A stretch of DNA of 52,950 nt from Candidatus Bathyarchaeia archaeon (GTDB lineage Archaea; Thermoproteota; Bathyarchaeia; Bathyarchaeales; Bathycorpusculaceae): contig JAVZLK010000008.1 in the NCBI GenBank assembly GCA_038883795.1, positions 1-52,950 on the forward strand, written 5' to 3'. Each line of letters starts with the position of its first letter. Position 1 is the stretch's first letter. Below the pieces are notes generated by a model. It did no database searches, was not told the origin of the DNA, and saw only the letters and a program-made list of their open reading frames with translations. Below are positions 8,954-18,937 of this stretch, in pieces. Position numbers and translations under genes: made by a program.

Positions 8954-10225
8954 ATGTCAAAATCTGTTGTTGCAATAGTAAAGGGAAAAAATCCTGAAAA
9001 AATGGTTGAGGAAGCCCTATCCCTTTTAGGCGGGGTTACATCATTAATAAAACCTAACTCTGTAGTTGTTGTTAAACCTAACGCTGGACACCCTTTTCCA
9101 CCAGAAACTAGCGTATGCACAAGTCCTGCTGTAGTCGCTGCTGTCATCAAGAAGCTTCGCAAGGCCCAGCCCAAAAAGATAGTAATGGCTGAGGCTGCCG
9201 CTATTGGTTGCGATACATTAAAATGTTTTGAGGTTAGTGGTCTCCGTGAAGCCGCAGAAAAAGCTGGTGTGGACGAAATTATTGATATCAAAAGGGAGAA
9301 AGATTTAATAAAAGTACCAATACGGGATGCTAGATCGGATCTCACCCATGTACTTCTGCCAAGGTTCTTAATAGAGGCAGAGCACATAGTAAATGTGCCA
9401 ATATTTAAAACGCATGTCAGCATGGTGTTTACGTGCGCGCTTAAAAACATTAAAGGTGTTGTTCAAGACAGAGTCCACTATGAAATGCATCAGACTGACC
9501 TTTCAGCCGCTATGATGGATTTATGGTCCGTTGTAAAAGCAGACCTCACAATAGCCGATATGATCCGCCCGGCAGAAGGATACGGTCCACACCATACATT
9601 ACCAACAGACTTCGGTTGTATCGTAGCAAGCAAAGACCCGGTCGCTGTAGATGCAACGATCTGTCGCATGGTCGGCCTTGACATAAATAAAGTGACATAC
9701 TTCAGTGCAGCCCGGGAAAGAGGTCTGGGAAACTTTGAGGAAGACAAAATTGAAATACGGGGAAAGCCCGTAAAGGAAGTATTTAAGCAGCTTTGGATAC
9801 CATACCTCGGCGGCTTTGAACAGTGGCCTGAATATCATATAATTGCGGAAAATGCATGTAGTAACTGTCAAGCGCTAATAGGGTTCACTATGGAAAAGCT
9901 CAAAGCTCTTGGGGAATACGATAAAAACAAAGGCGCCACGATAGTTGCTGGCCGCGTTAAAGAGTTACCAAAGGTAGAGAATCCTAAAGACCTCATCCTA
10001 GTAGGCAATTGCGTCATGAAATATCGTGGTCAAGGAATATTTGCAGGCGGATGTCCCCCTGCTGAACCCTTTCCATTGTGGGCGATTGTTGATCGTAAAG
10101 ACTACTATGAGCTTTCAGACCCTGAAAAAACTAGAGAGAGAATGAACAAAGAAACAGAGATATTTACAAAATATTCTGAAGAGCAACGTGATAAGTGGCG
10201 AAAGGCGCAATCCAAGAAAAAGTAG
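8954..10225 (+). CDS. DUF362 domain protein with Cys-containing C-terminal domain
   Basis: VVVKPN; IFKTH; TCALKN; ASKDPVAVDA; ACSNC, GNC, GGCPP. Confidence 0.85.
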   Translation: MSKSVVAIVKGKNPEKMVEEALSLLGGVTSLIKPNSVVVVKPNAGHPFPPETSVCTSPAVVAAVIKKLRKAQPKKIVMAEAAAIGCDTLKCFEVSGLREAAEKAGVDEIIDIKREKDLIKVPIRDARSDLTHVLLPRFLIEAEHIVNVPIFKTHVSMVFTCALKNIKGVVQDRVHYEMHQTDLSAAMMDLWSVVKADLTIADMIRPAEGYGPHHTLPTDFGCIVASKDPVAVDATICRMVGLDINKVTYFSAARERGLGNFEEDKIEIRGKPVKEVFKQLWIPYLGGFEQWPEYHIIAENACSNCQALIGFTMEKLKALGEYDKNKGATIVAGRVKELPKVENPKDLILVGNCVMKYRGQGIFAGGCPPAEPFPLWAIVDRKDYYELSDPEKTRERMNKETEIFTKYSEEQRDKWRKAQSKKK

Positions 10226-10309
10226 ACGGCATTCAATTGCATCGAACTAAAAATACTCTTTTTTCCTTCCTTAACTATTAGACAACTGCCTAGATTTCTT
10301 ATAAGGCAA

Positions 10310-11188
10310 TCACCTTTTTTCACTAATGGCTATCAACCTTACATTGGCACCATCGCCACTTATCCATTTCGTCGGTAGACCAATTATAGTGCATCGTTTT
10401 CCAACAACTTTATCGATATCCCCACCAACGTTTTCCCATCCCATCACTCCGTTGGTCAGTAGTATCCTATGTGCTGGCTCCCAGTAGGGGAAATCTTGGT
10501 AGACATCTCTTCCTGTTTCCTTTTTATATTCTTCTATAACCCATGGCAGCAGTGGAGGAGGCTGAACTATCCGAGTGCCCAGGGGGTGATCTAAAGCTTG
10601 ATTGTCAACGCCGACGGCTTTTACTCCTTTCTTAACTAACCATTCAGCGGCCTCTTTATAAAGACCTGGGGAGTAAACAAAATATTTGACGTTATCGCCC
10701 CAAAACCTATGCCATCCGGTGTGGATGATGACTATGTCGCCTTTTTCTATGGATGGTTGAGCATTCTCTAAATCTTCAGGGGTTATGATTTCCCATTTTC
10801 CTTTTGGAATATCCACTATAACTCCTTCGCCCATGTACCTCTCGATGGGTACTTCATCAATTGTCGGGTATTCCTCCTCTACATGTATTGGTGCATCAGC
10901 ATGTGTTGCAACATGCATTGGATGATGTATCCATTGGGTTAGAACCCTAGACTTAGCATGGTAATGCATGCGTTCTATGCTTATGTCCTCAAAATATGGC
11001 CATAAAGGGGAACCGAGACCATATCCTTGAGTTAGATCTATAACTTCCACCTGTTTACCAAGCAATTTAACAGTAATTTTTTTCAAAATATCGCTTGGTT
11101 TTCCTAAAAGTTCTAGTGGTAGCATGCCATGCAGATAGACAGAACGTTCAAGTTTCTCCTTCTCACGTATTTTTTCGCAGCTAACCAT
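10310..11188 (-). CDS. Cyclase family (kynurenine-formamidase-like) metallohydrolase
   Basis: HVATHADAPIH; IHTGW; GVD; GWENVGG. Confidence 0.9.
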   Translation of the reverse strand: MVSCEKIREKEKLERSVYLHGMLPLELLGKPSDILKKITVKLLGKQVEVIDLTQGYGLGSPLWPYFEDISIERMHYHAKSRVLTQWIHHPMHVATHADAPIHVEEEYPTIDEVPIERYMGEGVIVDIPKGKWEIITPEDLENAQPSIEKGDIVIIHTGWHRFWGDNVKYFVYSPGLYKEAAEWLVKKGVKAVGVDNQALDHPLGTRIVQPPPLLPWVIEEYKKETGRDVYQDFPYWEPAHRILLTNGVMGWENVGGDIDKVVGKRCTIIGLPTKWISGDGANVRLIAISEKR

Positions 11189-11321
11189 TTTTCAATCCCA
11201 TCTCATTATTGGGGTTTGTCAAATTAACTTTTAAGGTTTTTCATTAAAAATAAACCATTACACCTTAACTTGGGCTAGAAAGGTAGACATCAGATTCATG
11301 CAATCGCTGTCTGTTTGCGCG

Positions 11322-12515
11322 CTATTGTAAAGGATATTCTCGACAAACTTTGTGTTTATTTTTGGCTTTGGGTATGGTTAAGCGTCCGTCCACTTCATCG
11401 AGGTCAAACCACCATTTATCAGTTTTTTCTGCCGGGTCCACAAAATTATTATTTATAAGTTTTTGTCTTTGCTCATTTACGTACTTATGCAGTTTGGCTA
11501 TATCACCATCCCAATTGGCAAAATCACGCGGATCTGTGTTTGGCCTATGCCATGGACAGACTTTAGCACACCTTCCGCATACCGTTCCCTCTTTATTTGT
11601 AAGACAAAAGATCCCGCAGGCCTCGGTATTCAGTTTCCAAGTGTAGTAGCCGTTGTAGAGAATCTGGTCACCATGAGGAATCGCTCCAGCTGGGCATTGT
11701 TCAGCACAGATTTTACAACTTCGACAATACTCTTGGAGGCCGAAATCGATGGGCCCATCGACTTCAAGTTCCAAGTTGGTTAAAACACAAGAGGCTTTAA
11801 AATTCACACCCAGAAAAGGATTTAAAACAATCCCCATTCGACAAATCTCCCCAATACCAGCTTCAAGTAATATCGGCGGCATAACAGTTAAGTATCTAAG
11901 CATATGAGAAGCCTCTGCCTCATATCCTAAACGTCGAATATAATTGGCTACACATTCACTCTGAATGGCCAAGCGCACATAGGCCTGGAAGCTTGCCGCA
12001 TCCATGATCCAATCCCAACCGTTTGAAGCACAGATGCTATTTTCATGTTTCCTAACAACAAATACGATCGCATATTTGTAAGACGGCTCAATAGGGTTAC
12101 CTTCCTCGTCGTGAGTATAATATGCATATTCAGGTACCCGCCCTATACCTACAATATCAGCTCCCAGAAAATAACCAAAACTCTTGAAATGACGGCTTAG
12201 TATCTTTGGGTCTTCGGAAATGGGAGCCTTGTAATGAGCAACCTCGTTTTTTGCAATGGTGCTGATGTGTTTCTGAATGTCGACAAGAGCTGCTGTGACA
12301 GGATATCTCCATAATCTTTTATATTTTTCTTGAATCTCCTTCCCAAAGTCGCCCCTAAGTGCCCTGGAAAAGAAATGCTCCTCGGGATCTGGCCTTTCTA
12401 TAGGTCCTACTATCCTAGTAGTCGGCTTATCTACATATTTCAATAAATGAGTCGGATATGGCCCAAGTTGAACATCAGAATAAAGGATATCCCGATACTT
12501 CATTTTTTTCATCAT
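11322..12515 (-). CDS. rdhA: Reductive dehalogenase-family cobamide/2x4Fe-4S enzyme, non-respiratory type
   Basis: FLGADIVGI; AGIGEICRMG; CRSCKICAEQCP; CGRCAKVCPW; N-terminal GPYP..L..VD.PTT; no Tat signal, no rdhB. Confidence 0.8.
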   Translation of the reverse strand: MMKKMKYRDILYSDVQLGPYPTHLLKYVDKPTTRIVGPIERPDPEEHFFSRALRGDFGKEIQEKYKRLWRYPVTAALVDIQKHISTIAKNEVAHYKAPISEDPKILSRHFKSFGYFLGADIVGIGRVPEYAYYTHDEEGNPIEPSYKYAIVFVVRKHENSICASNGWDWIMDAASFQAYVRLAIQSECVANYIRRLGYEAEASHMLRYLTVMPPILLEAGIGEICRMGIVLNPFLGVNFKASCVLTNLELEVDGPIDFGLQEYCRSCKICAEQCPAGAIPHGDQILYNGYYTWKLNTEACGIFCLTNKEGTVCGRCAKVCPWHRPNTDPRDFANWDGDIAKLHKYVNEQRQKLINNNFVDPAEKTDKWWFDLDEVDGRLTIPKAKNKHKVCREYPLQ

Positions 12516-12656
12516 ATTTTTAGGCTTATGGAGTTCCGATTAAAAAGTTTTCCGTAGTTAGCGTTGATAGTCCATTGCATGAAAGTTTTCGTCATTGCTA
12601 GTTATGGGCGAGACCAGACAAACACAATTTTTCTGTAAATCAAAAATAGAAAAAGG

Positions 12657-14132
12657 TTAAAGGAATTTCACCAGTTCTTCGCGTTTCAATCTCGGCAGTT
12701 CTTTTTTGATCCCGGCCAGATATCTTGCTATGTCCTTTACCTTCTCTATGTTATAGGACGCCATTATTGTTATTGTCTCCATTATGGGAGAACCGCCACC
12801 ATGAACTCCGGCCCCTTGAAAAACTCCAGTAAGATCTGAAGCAACAATATTTTCAGCAAGTCTAAACGCTCTATGTACGTATTCAGGTGGGAGGTTTGGA
12901 TTGCGCATTATGTATTTGTTGAGGAGTGATCCTGTTTCTTCGCTGTAAAAATCTTCTTCGAACGGGAGTGTACAAGCTAGGCCTCCTGCTAAGTCAGTAA
13001 GAATCTCATATTCGTGATAGATATTTTCACCAGCTATTTTTCTTCCGGCGTTTACGTAAACAGGGTCTGGTATACAGGTGCCGGATGGAGATTTAAAGGC
13101 ATAATGTGCGCTGGCTATGCCTGCGGCATACACGAGTTCTGATATGGTAATGTATTTAGCCAATTTATCCCGCACATGAGTTTCTCTTTCGATGTTATTG
13201 CATTCTGCAACTAAAGCTGCAGTGCCGCAAAGCACATCCGTTACAGCTGGTTTGCAGCCAGTATAACTATGCCTATGGTAAAGCGCGAACAACAAAGCAA
13301 GGGCTCTTGCAAACTCCCATTCGCCGCACATAAAAACCCTTTCCCAGGGAACAAAGACGTCATCAAATATTGTTAGTGATTCTGCTGTCCCGAAGTTGAC
13401 GATTGGAGCATCAAGTTTTTTTCTTTTGCGAAGGTATGCTGGGCGAACAACAAGTTTAACTCCTGGATCATCTGCTGGAACGGCGAAAGCAACAGCCCAA
13501 TCACCCTCCTCTTTAGTCAAGTTGCGTGTAGGAAGAGCTATAATTTCGTCTGCGCACGGTGCAATGCTGTTATGCGCTTTAGCTCCACGGACTATTATGC
13601 CATCATCTCTTTTTTCAACAATTCGCAAATAGAGATCTGGATCTCTCTGTTCATGTGGTCTTTTTATTCTGTCGCCTTTAACATCAGTTTGAGCACAGTT
13701 CGCAACTAAGTCGTTTGCTTGAATATGCTTCAAGTAATTTATGAAACGCTCATAATAATTGGTGTTATACTTCATGTCAATAAGCTTTGTAACAACGGAT
13801 AGAGCATTCATGGCATCTACACCCATGCAACGACCGATACATCCTCCAGTGCGATGACAAAGTATACGGGTCATCTCCTGCTTTTTCAGTAAATCTTCCC
13901 TGCTCTGATGGATATGGCAAAAGCGATTAACTTTTTCCCCTGTAATATGGGAAGTAGCAGTGCAAAGATCTTCAAACTCTGGATTATTAGCCATGTCAAA
14001 AGTTACGCAAATGACGTTTATGCAAGGGCGAAGCCTCTCGTCGAGTCGATCCACTTTCTTGCCGCCAATGTACACGTTCCTGTTCATCACCTTCAATCTC
14101 TCAACGTATTCTTCTTTAGTTTTAACCGCCAT
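12657..14132 (-). CDS. 4-hydroxybutyryl-CoA dehydratase-like (HpaB/AbfD family) Fe-S flavoprotein
   Basis: TGGCIGRCMG; QTDVKGDR; FVPWERVFMCGE; HRHSYTGCK; HGGGSP. Confidence 0.9.
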   Translation of the reverse strand: MAVKTKEEYVERLKVMNRNVYIGGKKVDRLDERLRPCINVICVTFDMANNPEFEDLCTATSHITGEKVNRFCHIHQSREDLLKKQEMTRILCHRTGGCIGRCMGVDAMNALSVVTKLIDMKYNTNYYERFINYLKHIQANDLVANCAQTDVKGDRIKRPHEQRDPDLYLRIVEKRDDGIIVRGAKAHNSIAPCADEIIALPTRNLTKEEGDWAVAFAVPADDPGVKLVVRPAYLRKRKKLDAPIVNFGTAESLTIFDDVFVPWERVFMCGEWEFARALALLFALYHRHSYTGCKPAVTDVLCGTAALVAECNNIERETHVRDKLAKYITISELVYAAGIASAHYAFKSPSGTCIPDPVYVNAGRKIAGENIYHEYEILTDLAGGLACTLPFEEDFYSEETGSLLNKYIMRNPNLPPEYVHRAFRLAENIVASDLTGVFQGAGVHGGGSPIMETITIMASYNIEKVKDIARYLAGIKKELPRLKREELVKFL

Positions 14133-14597
14133 ACTTACCCCTCTTTTCACGATCTTAAAGTGAAAATTCCATATAACCCTACCTCTCCAACGCTCAATGC
14201 TGCTGAACTAACTTTTATATTAATTTTTGACTTGGAAGCAAGTTCTTTGCAGTCTTCACTACCACATATCTTGGATTCGCCTTAGACAATGGAGAACCAG
14301 TTAATTCACAGAATGAAAAGAAAATTTTACATAAAAAACAAGGTGCACGGATCCAGTTGCATATTGTGCAACTCAAGATTTTGATGACAAGTCCCGCTGA
14401 AAGCCTCAGTACACACCAGACTTAAGTTTCTTCAAAGCCCAAACTAAAAACGTGTTGGTGATTAAGGAATTCGTGCGAACAGCGGATGGGCTGAAAACTT
14501 ACCGGTGGACCTTGCTATAATGAAGTGTTCGCGACGGAACATTTAAATTTTGATTGACAATACAAAAGAATGGCTTTGCTAAGTTAAGTGAATTTAT

Positions 14598-15734
14598 ATG
14601 AGAGAGTTTGAATCTTACATTCCACATTTTAAGCTTGCTGCAGCGCAAGTTGCGCCTGTTTACATGAATAGAGCGGAAACCGTTGAAAAAGCGTGTCATG
14701 TAGTCGAAGAAGCGGCCAAAAATGGTGCAAATATCGTGGGTTTTCCAGAGTGCTTCATTCCAGGCTTTCCAACATGGGTTTATGCAGGGTCCCCTATATA
14801 TGATACGTTAAATTTCTTTGAGCAATATGTTAAAAACTCTGTTGAAATACCAAGTAAATGGACGGATATTTTATGTGATATTGCCAAACAAAACCAGATA
14901 TACATTGTAATTGGTATGAGTGAAAAAGATAGATATTCGTCGTCAACGCTTTTTCAAACTCAGCTGTTTATAAGCAATAAAGGTGAAATATTGGGAAGAC
15001 ATCGTAAAATTGTTCCAACATATGCAGAGAAACTTATTTTCACAGGAGGAGACGGAAGCACATTGTCCGTCTTCAAGACAGAGTATGGAGAACTCGGAGG
15101 CTTGAATTGTGGAGAAAACAATAATCCACTCGCAAAATTTGCTCTGATTGCCCAAGGCATTAAGATACATGTTGCAAGCTGGCCCATGCCAGGAGCTTTT
15201 CCATTTAATTTCAGGGATATGATAATACCATGTGTGCGGGAATTCGCCTATGAAGCTAAAGCGTTTGTAATAAATTCTTCGGCTGTTGTCACACCAGAAA
15301 TAAAGGAAACTCTTTTAGAGTATGCAAAAACCGCTAAGCCTGTTTTTGAACGCGATATTCAACTTGGTGGAGGCGTCTCATGCATCATAAGCCCCATGTT
15401 CGGAAGAGTTATAGCACAAGCGGACCCGGAAAAGGAAATGATAGTTTATGCTGATTGCGATCTATCAGAGCATTATAAATCAAAAGCAAACCATGATTTA
15501 CTGGGAAACTACAACAGACCAGACATTTTTAAATTTATTTTTAACAAAAAGGCGCAGCGCCTTGTTGAAGTTAATGAAACCATCAAAGAAGGAGTTAATT
15601 ATTTGCTTGAACTCTTACCTATAGAAAAGCGTAAGGCTCTCGAAGAAAGGGCTTCTGCGGAAGGAAAATCTGTTGATAAGGCAATTATGGATTTGATTGA
15701 AAATTATTTAAAACATGCTAACCCTAAAAGTTAG
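14598..15734 (+). CDS. Nitrilase (carbon-nitrogen hydrolase) with C-terminal RHH-like extension
   Basis: Glu-Lys-Cys triad: FPECFIPGFP, HRKIVPT, LNCGEN; GNYNRPDIF. Confidence 0.92.
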   Translation: MREFESYIPHFKLAAAQVAPVYMNRAETVEKACHVVEEAAKNGANIVGFPECFIPGFPTWVYAGSPIYDTLNFFEQYVKNSVEIPSKWTDILCDIAKQNQIYIVIGMSEKDRYSSSTLFQTQLFISNKGEILGRHRKIVPTYAEKLIFTGGDGSTLSVFKTEYGELGGLNCGENNNPLAKFALIAQGIKIHVASWPMPGAFPFNFRDMIIPCVREFAYEAKAFVINSSAVVTPEIKETLLEYAKTAKPVFERDIQLGGGVSCIISPMFGRVIAQADPEKEMIVYADCDLSEHYKSKANHDLLGNYNRPDIFKFIFNKKAQRLVEVNETIKEGVNYLLELLPIEKRKALEERASAEGKSVDKAIMDLIENYLKHANPKS

Positions 15735-15839
15735 ACATTATTTAACCTGCGCTTAATCCACATAGTATAAAAACCCCATTATTCGGCGCAATATTTCAAA
15801 CTACGCGTTAAGTGTCGAATAGTTTAGTTATCAACGATT

Positions 15840-16496
15840 TTAGGATCTTTGTATATATCCGCTATTATATATTCTCGTGCCAATAGTGTACAAATACGGT
15901 AAGAAAACGGCGAGGTTTCTCATCTCTTCTACGCAATGCTGAAATAGGTTTTTCGCCATTTCGTAACTGGCATACGAATGTTTTAGCCAAAAGCGGCTCC
16001 GCATTTCACACCCAACATCCCTATCCCGGACAAAGTGGGTCATAAATCCAGTTTCCAATTCTTTCGCTTCTTCGCGGACGTAAAGACGGGCACAAATAGC
16101 TGTTGCTCGAGCTTTCTCAAATTTTGATGTATCGTAAAAATCGGATGGATCTTGAAAGCTAATCTTGAGCTTTGCCACCGGCGGCCTACCCCCAAGAGTT
16201 TCTTCAACTATATGGCTGGCTCCGATGTAATTGCCAGGGCTCCATCTACCATCCCAAGCACCATGCAAGTGGTCTATAGGATGCCAAAGTTTATAGATTT
16301 GAGTGTGCTCTTTGGGAGACAGCCCATATGCAAACCACCATTCTATCATATTTCTATGGCAATAAGGCATCCTCGTAAGCGCGGCAACAAGGTAATAACC
16401 ATTCGACATACGCATGTACCCACTTTCTAGGGGCAAATAACCTGGCTCCAGAAGGCGATTGATCTGCTCAAGTGGTAATTCCAAAATTTCAGACAT
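15840..16496 (-). CDS. phlG: PhlG/phloretin-hydrolase-family C-C hydrolase
   Basis: LESGY; MIEWWF; YKLWHPIDH; HIVEE; EMRSRFW; HCVEEMRNLAVFLP. Confidence 0.85.
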   Translation of the reverse strand: MSEILELPLEQINRLLEPGYLPLESGYMRMSNGYYLVAALTRMPYCHRNMIEWWFAYGLSPKEHTQIYKLWHPIDHLHGAWDGRWSPGNYIGASHIVEETLGGRPPVAKLKISFQDPSDFYDTSKFEKARATAICARLYVREEAKELETGFMTHFVRDRDVGCEMRSRFWLKHSYASYEMAKNLFQHCVEEMRNLAVFLPYLYTIGTRIYNSGYIQRS

Positions 16497-16788
16497 TTTT
16501 CTCGCCTACAATTGTTATATTTTGTCTAGATTTAAGGTTTACCGTCAGAATCGAATTCGTCAAGTCAGTCAAAACTTCTTAAAAAATTTACGACTTCAGC
16601 ATACGCTTCAGACTCAAAATACTTTCACAGTCGGCCCCAACTCTAGTAATTTCTCGGATTATAGCACATGTATAAAAGCTGAAACTGACATAATTTATTT
16701 TAGGCGATCCTCATTAGTCAACGGTATCTCGCGAAAACTTTAAGTTTCATTTCCTCTATTTAACAATAAAGCCATTAATGGGTTTGTT

Positions 16789-18470
16789 ATGTTGGAAAGG
16801 GTTTCATTGAAGGATGTTAAGGAAAAGATTGAAAGTTTGAAGGCGCTTGCAAGGGGAATACCTGAAGTATCCATCACAAGGGCATATTTAATGACAAAAA
16901 GTTACATTGAAACAGAAGGGGAACCTATGCCAATAAGGAGGGCTAAAGCTTTAGAAAAAGTCTTGACCGAAATGCCTATACGGATACGCGATGGAGAACT
17001 TATTGTAGGTGACGTATCAGATAAACTTGGGCGCAGTTCTTGTATCCCCGTTGAATATTTTTCAGAATGGCTAGAGCGAGAAATTGACATGCTTGACAAA
17101 AGGGAGGGAGACACGTACAAAATTTCAGAAGAAGATAAGGCAATCTTGCTTAACGAGGTTCTCCCCTATTGGAAAAGTAAAACAATGTACAGTTTGGCAA
17201 TGTCTCTGATGCCGGAATATGTTATGAAGGACGTTGAAAATGGAGTATACATTATTGGAAACCTTAAAACCGCAATCAGCCATGTTTCGGTTAATTATCC
17301 TAAGGTTCTTAGGTTGGGTTTGAATGGTGTGAAAAGCGAGATCGAAGAAAGGTTAAAATCCTGTGATCCTACAAACTACAAGGATATTGAACGGATTATA
17401 ACATATAGGGCTATGCTAATAGCCATAGACGCAGTAATAAAATTTGCACGTAGGTACGCTGAGCTCGCTAGGAAAATGGCGAAAGAGGAAAGCGACATTC
17501 AAAGAAAAGCTGAGCTTGAAAAGATAGCTGAAATCTGCGAGTGGGTGCCTGCAAACCCAGCCAGAAACTTCCACGAAGCACTACAAGCACTATGGTTCAT
17601 ACAATGTGCACTCTACACTGAAGATTATGGGTGGGTTTTCACCTTAGGTAGGGTTGACCAATACCTATACCCATACTACAAAAAAGACATAGAAGAAGGA
17701 AAACTAACAAAAGAACAAGCAAAACTACTACTTGAATTATTATTTATAAAATTTAACTACATCACTTTAGCGGTGGAAGCTGAACACGCCAAATATTTCC
17801 AAGGCTCTAACATGCTTAATATAGTTGTCGTTGGCGGGGAGACCGAAGATGGGCTTGATGGTGTTAATGAATTGTCATATTTGATTCTGGACGCTGATGA
17901 ACAAGTGAGACTGATAGACCCTGAAATAGTTGTTAGAGTGAGCAAAAAAATCCTGATGAGTGGATAATCCGCGCTATAGAGCATACTAAAAGAGTTGTTG
18001 GAAAAGTAAAATTTGTCAATGATGAAATAGCTATAGCGAAACTTTTACGTATGGGGTACTCTATTAAGGATGCACGCAACTATGTACTGGTGGGTTGCTG
18101 GGAACAATTCGTCCCATATAAAACTCATTACATAGGTGCTACAAACGTTAATGTGGCTAAGATTTTGGAGTTAGCCTTAAACAATGGAAAGGATAGGTTG
18201 ACAGGCGAACAAATAGGGCCGAAGACAGGAGACCCGAGAAATTTTAAATCAATCCAAGACGTGATCGAGGCCTTCAAACAGCAACTGGAATATTTCCAAA
18301 GGCACATAGTTGAAGCCGAAAATATAATATGTTACGCGTTAGCTGAGCGAACACCACTGGTTTTTCAGTCAGCATTTATTGACGGCTGCATAGAAAGTGG
18401 AGTTGACGCGACCAGAGGAGGAGCATTATACAACGCTATGTGGGAGCCAGGAGGCGCTATTCCAAACGTG
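16789..18470 (+). pseudogene. Glycyl radical enzyme (PFL2/dehydratase/lyase-type), frameshifted and C-terminally deleted
   Basis: VPANPARNFHEALQ; LGRVDQYLYPYY; frameshift at A7 run 17944-17950; GCWE Cys loop; no C-terminal RVxG domain. Confidence 0.88.
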
Positions 18471-18477
18471 CGCGCGC

Positions 18478-18921
18478 GCAGATACGTGCGGCTATACTAT
18501 TAATCGAAAAGCTGAGGAGTGTCTAGAAAAGGCTGATTTACTTCTTTATGATATTAAAATTTTTGATTCTGATAAACATAAGGAGTATACAGGAGCAGAT
18601 AACTCTGTAATATTGAAGAACTTTCAACATTTGGCCGATATGGGAAAACCAGTAATAGTGAGAGTGCCCATAGTCCCAAAGTATACAAATTCCATTGATA
18701 ATATAGTGTCTATTGCCAAATTTCTATCGCCAATGAAAAATATTCTTCGAATCGATATTCTTCCATATGTGAAATATGGTTCTGTAAAATATGAGTACTT
18801 GAATAGGGATTACGCATTGAAAGAGATTGAACAACCTACTTCGGAGTATATGGAAGATTTAAAGGCATTTCTTGAAAAGATTATTCCATCTATTAAAATA
18901 AACGTAGGGGGAGTAGCTTAG
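18478..18921 (+). pseudogene. GRE activating enzyme (radical SAM), C-terminal half only
   Basis: DTCGY; DLLLYDIK; HKEYTGADN; VRVPIVP; ILPY; CxxxCxxC motif absent. Confidence 0.85.
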
Positions 18922-18937
18922 GGCGAACTTTTTAAAA

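Noticed and set aside
9435-9440. GCGCGC inside the DUF362 gene (also short runs near 2808 and 11317)
   Set aside because: 6-7-mers are expected by chance and the 9435 copy is in an intact gene; not counted as junction scars
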